Virus record (IMG/VR): IMGVR_UViG_3300034022_000282
Span: 1 to 63,602 of that record
DNA length: 63,602 nucleotides
Source of the DNA: a virus
Taxonomy: Duplodnaviria; Caudoviricetes
Strand: one strand, 5' to 3'
Positions 9,982 through 19,245 of the stretch are shown here, piece by piece; positions within the stretch are counted from its first letter, which is position 1; the number at the start of each line of letters is the position of its first letter. The position numbers were made by a program, and so were the translations under genes. The notes beneath the pieces are model-generated. The model had not been told where the DNA came from and did not search any database. It was given only the letters and a program-made list of their open reading frames with translations.

Positions 9982-10313
9982 TGAAATATTTATTATTGTC
10001 AATAATAACAATATTAGCAGTATCATTATCAGAACCCAATAGAGAATTGGAGTATGATTCATCAGTAGATTCATTACTTGCAAAGACTAATAACACATTT
10101 AAGAAAGCATCTACAGTATGTGTTAAAGCTGAAAAGCAACAAACAAAGATGATTACAGAAGTAAAAGAGAAAGTAGTATCGTTAGAAAAAGATAAAGAAG
10201 ATCTACAAACAACACTAACAGAAACTAAAACTCAACTTCAAAATGTTAAAGAAACTATTAATACTAACGCTGCTGACACTGGTGAGCAGTTTGACTTATT
10301 CCCAAGTAATTAA
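9981..10313 (+). CDS. signal/TM-anchored coiled-coil protein (i-spanin-like)
   Basis: MKYLLLSIITILAVSLS N-terminus followed by a long coiled coil. Confidence 0.5.
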   Translation: MKYLLLSIITILAVSLSEPNRELEYDSSVDSLLAKTNNTFKKASTVCVKAEKQQTKMITEVKEKVVSLEKDKEDLQTTLTETKTQLQNVKETINTNAADTGEQFDLFPSN

Positions 10314-11034
10314 AACAATTGAAGGGCAAAAAGTAGTTTTATTTACACTTGAACAAGCTAAAGGAGTAAATGATACCTTTGTAATTCAAAAACAAAACAT
10401 TGCTAAATTAAAATCTCAAGATAGTTTAAATCTAGTAAGTGTTAAATATTTAATACAACAAGATAGTATCCATAAAATTAAAGATAGTATAACTTACTAT
10501 CAACAAGTGCTTCCTGCATTTGCTGAAATAAAACAATTATTAGTTGCACAAATTGAAACTCCATTTAAAGGTAATATTGAAATAGGAGTAGGTGCAGGTG
10601 CATCAACTTACTTTGGTAATTTTAGACCTTTCAATACAATTGCTGACGGTAAGTATTATATACCATCAGGTGCCGGAGTATTAAAATATAATTTTCATAA
10701 ACATCTAACTTCAAGATTTGAGGTAATAGGTACACAAATAGCAGCTGGTCCATTAAGTAAACAACTTATAATAGGTACAGTACTTGTAGACTACAATATT
10801 GCTCCTAATATGTACAGCATCAGAGTAGGCATGATACCTACTGTAAGTGTAGGATTAAACGTATTCGGCTTAACAGATAAGTCATTGGTAGTTGGAGCTG
10901 GTATTAAATCATACTTTACAGCATCAACTGCATTAGAGATTAACGTAAGATACGGACTAACAAATATAGACAATGTTGGAGGTACAGATACCTTTATTTA
11001 TGGGCATTTAATTTTAACAAAACGTATACTATGA
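10243..11034 (+). CDS. secreted protein: signal peptide, coiled coil and outer-membrane beta-barrel (Bacteroidota OMP/PorT-like)
   Basis: MLKKLLILTLLTLVSSLTYSQ signal; amphipathic strands EIGVGAGASTYFG, GAGVLKYNF, GAGIKSYF, ALEINVRY, FIYGHLILTKRI. Confidence 0.6.
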   Translation: MLKKLLILTLLTLVSSLTYSQVIKTIEGQKVVLFTLEQAKGVNDTFVIQKQNIAKLKSQDSLNLVSVKYLIQQDSIHKIKDSITYYQQVLPAFAEIKQLLVAQIETPFKGNIEIGVGAGASTYFGNFRPFNTIADGKYYIPSGAGVLKYNFHKHLTSRFEVIGTQIAAGPLSKQLIIGTVLVDYNIAPNMYSIRVGMIPTVSVGLNVFGLTDKSLVVGAGIKSYFTASTALEINVRYGLTNIDNVGGTDTFIYGHLILTKRIL

Positions 11035-11279
11035 AATTCTTTAAACAATTATTTGACGACAAAAATACCATCAACGAAAAAGCTGTAGTTGGTTTTATTG
11101 CATTCTTTATGCTAGTAGTAGCATTAGCAGTTGATTTGGTTACTGGGTATTTTGGAAACCCATTAGTAATTAATGAATTTATATTTGATGGATTTATGGT
11201 AATAATTTTAGGCAGTTTTGGTATTGCCTCAGTAGATAAATGGTTAAACAAAAAAGATAATAACACACCAAATGAGTAA
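11031..11279 (+). CDS. holin (2 TM)
   Basis: Two hydrophobic segments and a charged C-tail, directly upstream of the endolysin. Confidence 0.65.
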   Translation: MKFFKQLFDDKNTINEKAVVGFIAFFMLVVALAVDLVTGYFGNPLVINEFIFDGFMVIILGSFGIASVDKWLNKKDNNTPNE

Positions 11280-11727
11280 CATATCAAAACATATTACATT
11301 GAAAGAAGCTACCTATTCATCAACAGGAGAAGCTAAAAAGATTGATAATAGTCCTACGGCTGAACATTTAGTTAGTATGAAGCTATTGGCTGAAAAAGTA
11401 TTTGAACCAATCCGTGAGTGGTACGGTAAACCAATTAAAATAAATTCATTTTACAGAAGTAAAGCTTTAAATTTAGCTATCCCTGGAAGTAGTTTAACTA
11501 GTCAACACTCAAAAGGTGAAGCTATGGATATTGACACAGCTGCTGATAATAAGAAACTATTTAACTATATTCGTGAAAATTTAGATTGGGATCAATTAAT
11601 CTGGGAATTTGGAACTGCTGAAAATCCTGACTGGGTACATGTTAGTTACAAGGCTACAGGTAATAGAAAACAAATACTAAAAGCTAAAAAAGTAAATGGT
11701 AAATCTGTTTACGAACCATATAAATAA
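11272..11727 (+). CDS. endolysin, peptidase M15A family
   Basis: INSFYRS..LN..SQHSKGEAMD...WVHVSY: the H-D-H zinc ligands of M15. Confidence 0.85.
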   Translation: MSNISKHITLKEATYSSTGEAKKIDNSPTAEHLVSMKLLAEKVFEPIREWYGKPIKINSFYRSKALNLAIPGSSLTSQHSKGEAMDIDTAADNKKLFNYIRENLDWDQLIWEFGTAENPDWVHVSYKATGNRKQILKAKKVNGKSVYEPYK

Positions 11728-12188
11728 TGAGATACTTATTAATCATATTAAGTCTAATACTTGTTTCATGTAGTTCTGAATGGCACATGAAGAAAGCTTT
11801 AAAGAAAAACCCTAAGTTAGCTGATAGCTCAGTTAAATATGTACCTTATTACAAAGATACTATTGTAACTATTCAGATTGTAGGAGATACTTCAGATCAA
11901 TCTGTTAAGTATGCTGAGTGGTATAAGAAAATAGCTGACAGTACAATGATTGTATTTTCAGATAGTTTTACACATGTAACCCAAGAACTAGATTCATTAG
12001 GTAAATTAAAAACTAAAGTTATTAGGTTACCTTATGAAGTTAAACAATTAGTAACCATACATGATACCATACAAGTTAAAATGCCACCTCAAGTTATTGT
12101 TAAGAATGAAATAGGTAGTTTTACTTGGATTTTGATATTAGTGGTAATTGTGCTATTTTTGTTGTTACTTAATAAGTTATTTAGATAA
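11727..12188 (+). CDS. lipoprotein with C-terminal TM helix (unimolecular-spanin architecture)
   Basis: Lipobox LVSC at residues 12-15; C-terminal FTWILILVVIVLFLLLL. Confidence 0.6.
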   Translation: MRYLLIILSLILVSCSSEWHMKKALKKNPKLADSSVKYVPYYKDTIVTIQIVGDTSDQSVKYAEWYKKIADSTMIVFSDSFTHVTQELDSLGKLKTKVIRLPYEVKQLVTIHDTIQVKMPPQVIVKNEIGSFTWILILVVIVLFLLLLNKLFR

Positions 12189-12859
12189 TGGCAAGTGCTA
12201 AAGAAATAGTTTACAATTGGAGGAATTTAATTAGTGGTGGTAGGTTATCAGATGATGATATACCTTCATATTCACAGTTAAAGTTTATTCTTAATTATAA
12301 ACGTTTACAATACTTACGTCAAGATTATGCAAAGAATTTCTTTGATAATGATTTGATGTATCAAGATCTTGGGTGTCTAGAAATGGAACCTGTAGATTCT
12401 GCAGAATGTTGCCACTTTGAAACTGGTTGTACAATATACCGTACAAAAGAAATACTACCTTACCCACTTAGACTTTTAGATAGATTAGGATTTAAAGTTA
12501 ATGCAATTAACAAAACCAAAAGGTTTGAATTAATACTTCCTGAACGTGCTCCATTTATTGGGTATACTAAATACCCATCACTTACTGAAAAAGTTTATTG
12601 GTTAAATGGTAGATTGTATATGAGAGGACTACATGCTATTAATGCTAGAGTTATAGCTGAAAATCCAGAAGATGTAAAAAGATTTAGATGTGATGATCAA
12701 TCGTGTTATAACGATGATCACCAATATCCTTTGCCGGGAGATATGATAGATTTGATAACAAAAGATATATTAGGAACTGAATTAAAAGCCTTAATATCTT
12801 TAGGACAAGACTTAGAGAATAATGCAAAAGACGATATGTACGAAAGAACTTCTCAGTAA
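12188..12859 (+). CDS. crAss-like tail ring/adaptor protein
   Basis: QDLGCLEMEPVD..CC..GC..YRT..P and D..YPLPGDMI motifs typical of crAss ring proteins; synteny. Confidence 0.65.
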   Translation: MASAKEIVYNWRNLISGGRLSDDDIPSYSQLKFILNYKRLQYLRQDYAKNFFDNDLMYQDLGCLEMEPVDSAECCHFETGCTIYRTKEILPYPLRLLDRLGFKVNAINKTKRFELILPERAPFIGYTKYPSLTEKVYWLNGRLYMRGLHAINARVIAENPEDVKRFRCDDQSCYNDDHQYPLPGDMIDLITKDILGTELKALISLGQDLENNAKDDMYERTSQ

Positions 12860-13289
12860 TAATTTAGAAAGTAAGAAATTACTTTCTATTTATTCTGATA
12901 TATGGTATACTCTAAACCAAGTAATGGTTAAAGAGTTAATAGAAAAAAACTACCTTGAGTTACCTATTTTAGGTCGCTTTAAAATAGTTAGGTTTAAACG
13001 TAAAGTAAAGATTAAAGAAAATGGTAAACCTAACTTACCCATAGATTGGATAAAAACAAGAAGGGGTTGGAGAGACGGTACATTAAAATCAGATAAGTTT
13101 ATATACCATACTAGGAACTGGGCTATTAAAATAGTTTGGAGTAAAACGAAAGTTAAAAACATAAAAGTATATTCATTTAAACCATCAAGAACAAATGGAG
13201 GTAAATGTAATACTGGAATGATAAATCAATTATGGGCTTATTTAGCAGAACAGGATACTAATTATCTAAAAATTCCCATGATAAATTAA
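12822..13289 (+). CDS. IHF/HU-like DNA-binding protein
   Basis: LELPILGRFKI..., IDW..T, YSFKPSR; basic; lies between ring genes as in crAss-like phages. Confidence 0.6.
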   Translation: MQKTICTKELLSNNLESKKLLSIYSDIWYTLNQVMVKELIEKNYLELPILGRFKIVRFKRKVKIKENGKPNLPIDWIKTRRGWRDGTLKSDKFIYHTRNWAIKIVWSKTKVKNIKVYSFKPSRTNGGKCNTGMINQLWAYLAEQDTNYLKIPMIN

Positions 13290-13297
13290 TATATTTG
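13290..13297 (+). promoter_or_regulatory. Bacteroidota -7 box
   Basis: TATATTTG occupies the 12-nt gap, 4 nt before ATG 13302. Confidence 0.6.
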
Positions 13298-13301
13298 TAA
13301 T

Positions 13302-14030
13302 ATGAACTACAGAACAGTCTCTGCTAAAACAATAGTTGAAACAGTATTCTCAAGATACCGTAATTATATATCTCAAGATTCTGATGGATTAGTGGGTAAT
13401 GCCGTTGAATGGATGGGTGAAGCCTTAGAAGCTATTGGTATCCTTTCAGCAATGGAAGATATAGATGCTGTTCATGCCGTTGAAAATGGTAGAGTAGAAA
13501 TTCCTTGTAATTTATACTTAATAAAATCAGTAGCACATGACGGTAATTGGTTACCTTACGGTTCCCAAACATTTAATTATGACCTTCACTGTACTCATTG
13601 TGTAAATGAAGATGCATCAAAAGATTTACCTTATTCATACATTGTTAATCCAAATTGGATACAAACCAATGTTCCTGATGGAGAAAATATATGTATTAGC
13701 TACAAAGCTTTTGCTGTAGATGAAGAAGGATACCCACAAATTCCAGATAAAGTAACAGTTAAACAAGCATTGTTTTGGTATATTACTATGCTAATGTGTT
13801 TAGGTGGATTCCAACATCCGGAGATTAACTTTGACAAAGCTGAACAAAGATGGTTAAAATATTGTGGTCAAGCTGAAGCTGACTTAGCATTACTTGATAA
13901 ACCACAAAGAGAAACATTTAGAAATCAGTGGGTTAGATTAATTTCTACTACCCAACATGATTATAGAGATTTCTTTAGTAACATTGAAGGTGAAGTTTTG
14001 CAACAAAAATATAACAACCAAAGAGTTTAA
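13302..14030 (+). CDS. tail tubular/ring protein (P22 gp4-like)
   Basis: EWMGEALEAIG, ISYKA..VDEEGYPQIPD, W..YCGQA motifs; upstream of the muzzle gene. Confidence 0.7.
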   Translation: MNYRTVSAKTIVETVFSRYRNYISQDSDGLVGNAVEWMGEALEAIGILSAMEDIDAVHAVENGRVEIPCNLYLIKSVAHDGNWLPYGSQTFNYDLHCTHCVNEDASKDLPYSYIVNPNWIQTNVPDGENICISYKAFAVDEEGYPQIPDKVTVKQALFWYITMLMCLGGFQHPEINFDKAEQRWLKYCGQAEADLALLDKPQRETFRNQWVRLISTTQHDYRDFFSNIEGEVLQQKYNNQRV

Positions 14031-17000
14031 TGCTACCACTAAAAATAAATACAGATTTAGACCCAACAAATGCTCCAGAAAACTCTTCAACCTTAAATGT
14101 CAACATGAATGCTGACATTTTAAAGGGTGTTATCAGTAATGAGCAAGGGTTTGATATAATTACTTTAACTAATGACAGCAGGAAGATTATCGGTAGTTGT
14201 TTATTACCTGATAATTCTACTTGTTTATTTTCTCAAATATTTAATAATGCTAACTATGCATCTGAAATAGGTGTAGTTAAAGAAGGTGTATATACTGTTA
14301 TACTAAGAGATAATCTATTAGTTAATGCTGCATTAGGTTTTAATACTACTAATTTAATTCAAGCACAATCTAAAGTTAACTTTAATGGTGATTTTGTAAT
14401 ATACTGGGTAGACGGTAATAACTCAGATAAATGGTTAAATATTACTAACTTACAAGTAGATACAACTACAGATTTAAAAATAACTGATGCTGCTCAATTT
14501 AATTTAATGCTTGGGTTTGCTCCTGCAATAGGAGATTTACCTAGTTTATCTATTATTGAATCTGGTAGTTTAGAATCTGGAGTATACTATGTAGCAATTA
14601 CTTACGGAGATAAATTTCAAAATTTCACTAGAACAAGTTTAATTTCTAATCCTATACCTGTAGTATCTCCTAATGCTCCATTTGATAATCAATACATTGG
14701 ATCAAAACCAGTTACTTTTACTAATAAAGCTATAAACGTAAGTTTAGATGTTAATGTAACAAATATTGAATATACTTTTGTTAAAGTAACTGTTATATCT
14801 AAAATTAATCAAGTACTTAAAGCTTATGAGTTTGGTATATTTGAATTAGCTACTAATAATTTTCAATGTGTTGTTGATACATTAGTAAATAAAACAGAAG
14901 TTAGTGTAGACTCAGTTGTTATTAATAATGCTGATTATAACTCTTCACTTACACTTACTCAACTAGACGATGTACTTTACAAAGCACATTTACGTAGTAG
15001 ACAAACTATTGATTTGCAACCTTATGTAAATAACATAAAAGTAAACTATGTACAAAAAGAAATAGATTTAAGCTCATCTTTACCAAATGAATCTTTTAGA
15101 GATCCTAACATGACTTTTTATTCTAAGGGGTTTATGTATGATGAAGTATATGCTTTGTATGTTTCTTTTATTGTAGAAGATAATGGTGAATACGAAACTG
15201 AAGCTTACCATATTCCTGGTAGAGAAGCTGTTAATGTTGATTTAGGTATAGGTATTGCAATTAATCCTTTAGAAACTGAAAACATATCTACTATAGCTAC
15301 AGCTGCTAATCCAAATGATTATTGCAGTGTAGAGTATTTTAGAAATTTACCAAATGCTCAACAACCTTTTAATAAATTTTATGATTTAGACCCAATTAAT
15401 TCTAAAATATTTCATGCTATAACAACTAATAATAATCCATTAGCTGATACCAACATGGGTTATTACGAAAATAAAGATGAAAGGTATAGTTTGTTAAGCA
15501 AATGGTTAACATTAGATAATACTAGTACCCCTGTTCCCGGTAAAGATTATAGAGGTCAGAATGTAAGACACCATAAATTTCCTGAAGCATATAACCATAA
15601 TTTAGAAAGCTTAACTCCAAATTTATCTAAAAGTATACATCCGTCAACTACTAATTATAATTTGGTTAACTTATTAGGTATTAGATTATCTGATGTAGTT
15701 ATACCAGATGAATTAATAGGTAAAGTTAAAAAAATAAATATATATTATGCTAAAAGAGATTTAAACAATAGAACTGTATTAGGCCAATCTTTATTACAAT
15801 CTCTTTCTCAATTTCACAATTATACTTCTACACGAGATAATTACGATACTAAAAATACTGTATGGAACAATAGTGGGCAATTTGTAGGTTATCAAATGTC
15901 TCAAGATACAGGTTTATCTGCAAGAGTAGCTGGTATTTTTCCAGTTGGGTATGACAGAACTGCAGCACAAACTCCAGATACTTGGATGTATGCTTCTCCT
16001 GTAATTTTTACTGATCGTATAAATCCTACATTTTGGGGTAAAGGGTATTATAAATTTAAAGCTTTTGATTTAATGCAACAATCTCTTAGTACAAATTTAG
16101 CTACTTACGTTAAAAATTTGTATAGAGTAAAAAGTGTGTATAAAGTACAATTAATAGATGGAGTTAATTTAAGTGATCCGTCATTAAACATGATTACTTT
16201 GTTTTTATTTGATCCTTGTAATGCTACTAATACTACTAGTATTGCTGCAAATTATTATGGCGGTATAGATAGGCTTGTATCAAATAATGAAAGTTTAGCT
16301 AATAATATTAGATTAATAACTAATTCATCTTACGTATCTCAAGGATTTCCTAATCAAAGATTTATTACAGAATCTTCACCTTATTCTTTTTCAGCAATAC
16401 CTTTTAATTATGGTGGTGAAACTAGTTTATGGTTAGAAACTGATTATTTTTTAAATAGTTGGAATTACGCATCAACTTTAAATCAAATAAATAATGATTT
16501 TAGTTATATAAATTATATTAACAATACTACTTTTTTTGATACAAATACAAATTTAACTGATAGATTATATGCATCACCTTATATATCAAATTTGTGTGTT
16601 TACAAATTAAATATATTTCAAACATTTGATAGTCAAGTATTATGTTTAGCTAATTCAATAAATATTGAAGATATTAGTATTACTGATATTTATAATGGGG
16701 ATACTTTTACAACTATTAATGCTGATAAAGGGGGTGTAGATGCTTCTGCTTATACACCTCAAGGTAGTCATCCAATAGCTACAAATCCTAATGATAGACC
16801 TTTAGGTCAATTTAGAAGTGTACATTGTTATATTACTCAATCAACAGCTAATCCTAATTACAGGTATGAAGGTGATAATAGTTGGGAAACTTTTTATCCG
16901 TACACTTCAATTGATGAAATGTGGAGTATAGCTCAAACAGATCCTGAATGGTATGGTTACAACATTGATTATTCATCAGTTAATGATATTAAACAACCTG

Positions 17001-18850
17001 TAATAGGTTCTAACTTTGATAACCAGTTGCAAGATTATTTTCCTAATAGAGTAATAAGATCTGCTAAAGATAATCCTGAAATTCAACAAGATAACTATTT
17101 AGATTATCTAGCTGGAGATTACAAAGACTTTGGTAAAATTAAAGGTAAGATACGTAATATAACTAATCAGAATAATAAATTACTTATTAAAACTGATAAT
17201 GCTTTATACGCAACTTTAGGTCGTGAGGTTATTTCAACTGAGAATGCTGAAGCTAATGTAACTGCAGGAGATATATTTGCTGTAAAACCTAGAGAAATAG
17301 TATCATCTGATTCTTATGGTGGTGGTTTAGGTAGGTTTGCAGATACTGTAACTCAGTATGGTTACATGTATCCTGATACTACTAACGGTATAGTTTATAA
17401 TTTTAACGGTCAATCTGTAGATGAAATATCTAAAGCAGGTAGACAAATATTTTTTAGAAATGAACTTAAATTTAAATTACCTAAGTTATTAGATAATTAT
17501 GTATTTAGTAAATTTCCAGCATACAATAGCATAGCAACTTACATTGAAAATTACTATGTAACTTTTAATGGTAAAGTATGGGTGTCTTTAACTGATGGTA
17601 CTTTAGGTACTCCTGGTCAATCAGAAGATTGGCAATTAGTAGATTATAATTTTACTAGAATTGATTCTATTGTAGATCCATATTCTATAGGTGTACAAGC
17701 TACATTTGATTACAAATACAGAAGGTATATACTAACTAAAAAAGATTATACGTTTAATACTGTATCTGGTATATTTGGGTTTGTAGGTAACATACCTGAT
17801 ATGTTGTTTGCTAATACTATTACTAATGGTGTTACTAAAGCTTGGTACAATGGTTATATCTACACATTGTATGTTGTAGGTGATACTCCTGCACCTCCTG
17901 CTAATGCTGAATATTTAGTTACTAGAGGAGTATATGGTATATACGGTGTAAAAACAGATTTTAATTCTATATTTAATTTAGATAGTTTTGTAACTGCTTA
18001 TTACCCAGAACTACAAGCTTGGGTATCTATGTATGATTTTGGTGGAGTACCTGAGTTTATGGCTTACACTATAGATAAAACTTACTCATTTAACGGTAAC
18101 ACTTTATTTAAACATAATTCAGATACACAAAATACTTTGTTTTATGATAGAGAAACTCCTTACACTTCATTTGTAGAGCCTATATTAAACACTCCACAGG
18201 GAGTTAAAAGATTCTCATCATTCTCTTTTATAACTGAATTGTTTAGAGCTAACGGTACTTTAGATTATTTAAAAACTTTTACAAATTACTTTGTAAGAAA
18301 CTCTTATCAGATTTCTGATAAAATAGAAGTTGTTAATACTAAAACATCTAGAAATGCTGAAGGGTATTTTAATGCTAATGAATTTAGGGATTTAACTAGA
18401 GATAACTCTAAACCTTTAATGACTGATGCTATTATACATCAACCTGATTTAGCTAACATTAACGTTAATAAACATTGGTCTAAACAAAAGAAATTTGTAG
18501 ATTATTATTTAATACCTAGGTTAGAATATACCCCAGAATTATTAACTGGAACTACTCTTACAATTGGTGGTGACATTTACACTTTAAATGGTATATTGGA
18601 AGATGGTACTATAATTAAGTTTATTTATTTAGGAGTTACTTACGTTTATCAATTAAACAAAGTAGATGTTTCTACAGTTCTTAATCAAACAACTTTATCA
18701 GTAGGTTATGTTGTTTCTTTAAATAATACCCCTATACTTAATCCAAATCCTTTTGATCCTAGTATAATAATACCTTCTTTTGAATATACATTTAAAAGAA
18801 CATTAGACTTATTTGATATAAATACTTTAACCCATAAAAATACAAGATAA
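14030..18850 (+). CDS. tail stabilisation/muzzle protein (P22 gp10-like)
   Basis: 1606 aa beta-rich; YWVDG.N, GFMYDEVYA.Y, AYHIPGR, VRHHKFP, GDTF motifs; synteny. Confidence 0.8.
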   Translation: MLPLKINTDLDPTNAPENSSTLNVNMNADILKGVISNEQGFDIITLTNDSRKIIGSCLLPDNSTCLFSQIFNNANYASEIGVVKEGVYTVILRDNLLVNAALGFNTTNLIQAQSKVNFNGDFVIYWVDGNNSDKWLNITNLQVDTTTDLKITDAAQFNLMLGFAPAIGDLPSLSIIESGSLESGVYYVAITYGDKFQNFTRTSLISNPIPVVSPNAPFDNQYIGSKPVTFTNKAINVSLDVNVTNIEYTFVKVTVISKINQVLKAYEFGIFELATNNFQCVVDTLVNKTEVSVDSVVINNADYNSSLTLTQLDDVLYKAHLRSRQTIDLQPYVNNIKVNYVQKEIDLSSSLPNESFRDPNMTFYSKGFMYDEVYALYVSFIVEDNGEYETEAYHIPGREAVNVDLGIGIAINPLETENISTIATAANPNDYCSVEYFRNLPNAQQPFNKFYDLDPINSKIFHAITTNNNPLADTNMGYYENKDERYSLLSKWLTLDNTSTPVPGKDYRGQNVRHHKFPEAYNHNLESLTPNLSKSIHPSTTNYNLVNLLGIRLSDVVIPDELIGKVKKINIYYAKRDLNNRTVLGQSLLQSLSQFHNYTSTRDNYDTKNTVWNNSGQFVGYQMSQDTGLSARVAGIFPVGYDRTAAQTPDTWMYASPVIFTDRINPTFWGKGYYKFKAFDLMQQSLSTNLATYVKNLYRVKSVYKVQLIDGVNLSDPSLNMITLFLFDPCNATNTTSIAANYYGGIDRLVSNNESLANNIRLITNSSYVSQGFPNQRFITESSPYSFSAIPFNYGGETSLWLETDYFLNSWNYASTLNQINNDFSYINYINNTTFFDTNTNLTDRLYASPYISNLCVYKLNIFQTFDSQVLCLANSINIEDISITDIYNGDTFTTINADKGGVDASAYTPQGSHPIATNPNDRPLGQFRSVHCYITQSTANPNYRYEGDNSWETFYPYTSIDEMWSIAQTDPEWYGYNIDYSSVNDIKQPVIGSNFDNQLQDYFPNRVIRSAKDNPEIQQDNYLDYLAGDYKDFGKIKGKIRNITNQNNKLLIKTDNALYATLGREVISTENAEANVTAGDIFAVKPREIVSSDSYGGGLGRFADTVTQYGYMYPDTTNGIVYNFNGQSVDEISKAGRQIFFRNELKFKLPKLLDNYVFSKFPAYNSIATYIENYYVTFNGKVWVSLTDGTLGTPGQSEDWQLVDYNFTRIDSIVDPYSIGVQATFDYKYRRYILTKKDYTFNTVSGIFGFVGNIPDMLFANTITNGVTKAWYNGYIYTLYVVGDTPAPPANAEYLVTRGVYGIYGVKTDFNSIFNLDSFVTAYYPELQAWVSMYDFGGVPEFMAYTIDKTYSFNGNTLFKHNSDTQNTLFYDRETPYTSFVEPILNTPQGVKRFSSFSFITELFRANGTLDYLKTFTNYFVRNSYQISDKIEVVNTKTSRNAEGYFNANEFRDLTRDNSKPLMTDAIIHQPDLANINVNKHWSKQKKFVDYYLIPRLEYTPELLTGTTLTIGGDIYTLNGILEDGTIIKFIYLGVTYVYQLNKVDVSTVLNQTTLSVGYVVSLNNTPILNPNPFDPSIIIPSFEYTFKRTLDLFDINTLTHKNTR

Positions 18851-19245
18851 TGAAATTAACAGATAAAATTAAACCAACCGTAACAAAAGCAACTATACCT
18901 CAATTAATTTCTGAGTTATTAGAATCTGTATTGATAGTGCATAAAATGCATTTACAAGCTAAGTCTAGAAGTTATGCTGAACACCAAGCTTTAGGTGAGT
19001 TTTATGATGCAATTGGAGATTATGCTGATAGTATCTATGAACAATTTGCTGGACAAACTACAACTGTAGATATACCTGATGCTATGATTTATGACACTAA
19101 TCCTATCAATTATTTAGAAATTTTAGCTAAATTCGTAGAAAGGGTACATGCTAATAGTGGTGAATATTCTCATTTGCAAAATCAAATGGACGAAGTTAAG
19201 TCACTAATATTTGGTACCTTGTATAAGTTAAAGTATCTTAAATAA
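18850..19245 (+). CDS. ferritin/Dps-like four-helix-bundle protein (DUF5856-like)
   Basis: HKMHLQ..SYAEHQALGEFYD..D...E ... DE....TLYKLKYL. Confidence 0.7.
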   Translation: MKLTDKIKPTVTKATIPQLISELLESVLIVHKMHLQAKSRSYAEHQALGEFYDAIGDYADSIYEQFAGQTTTVDIPDAMIYDTNPINYLEILAKFVERVHANSGEYSHLQNQMDEVKSLIFGTLYKLKYLK

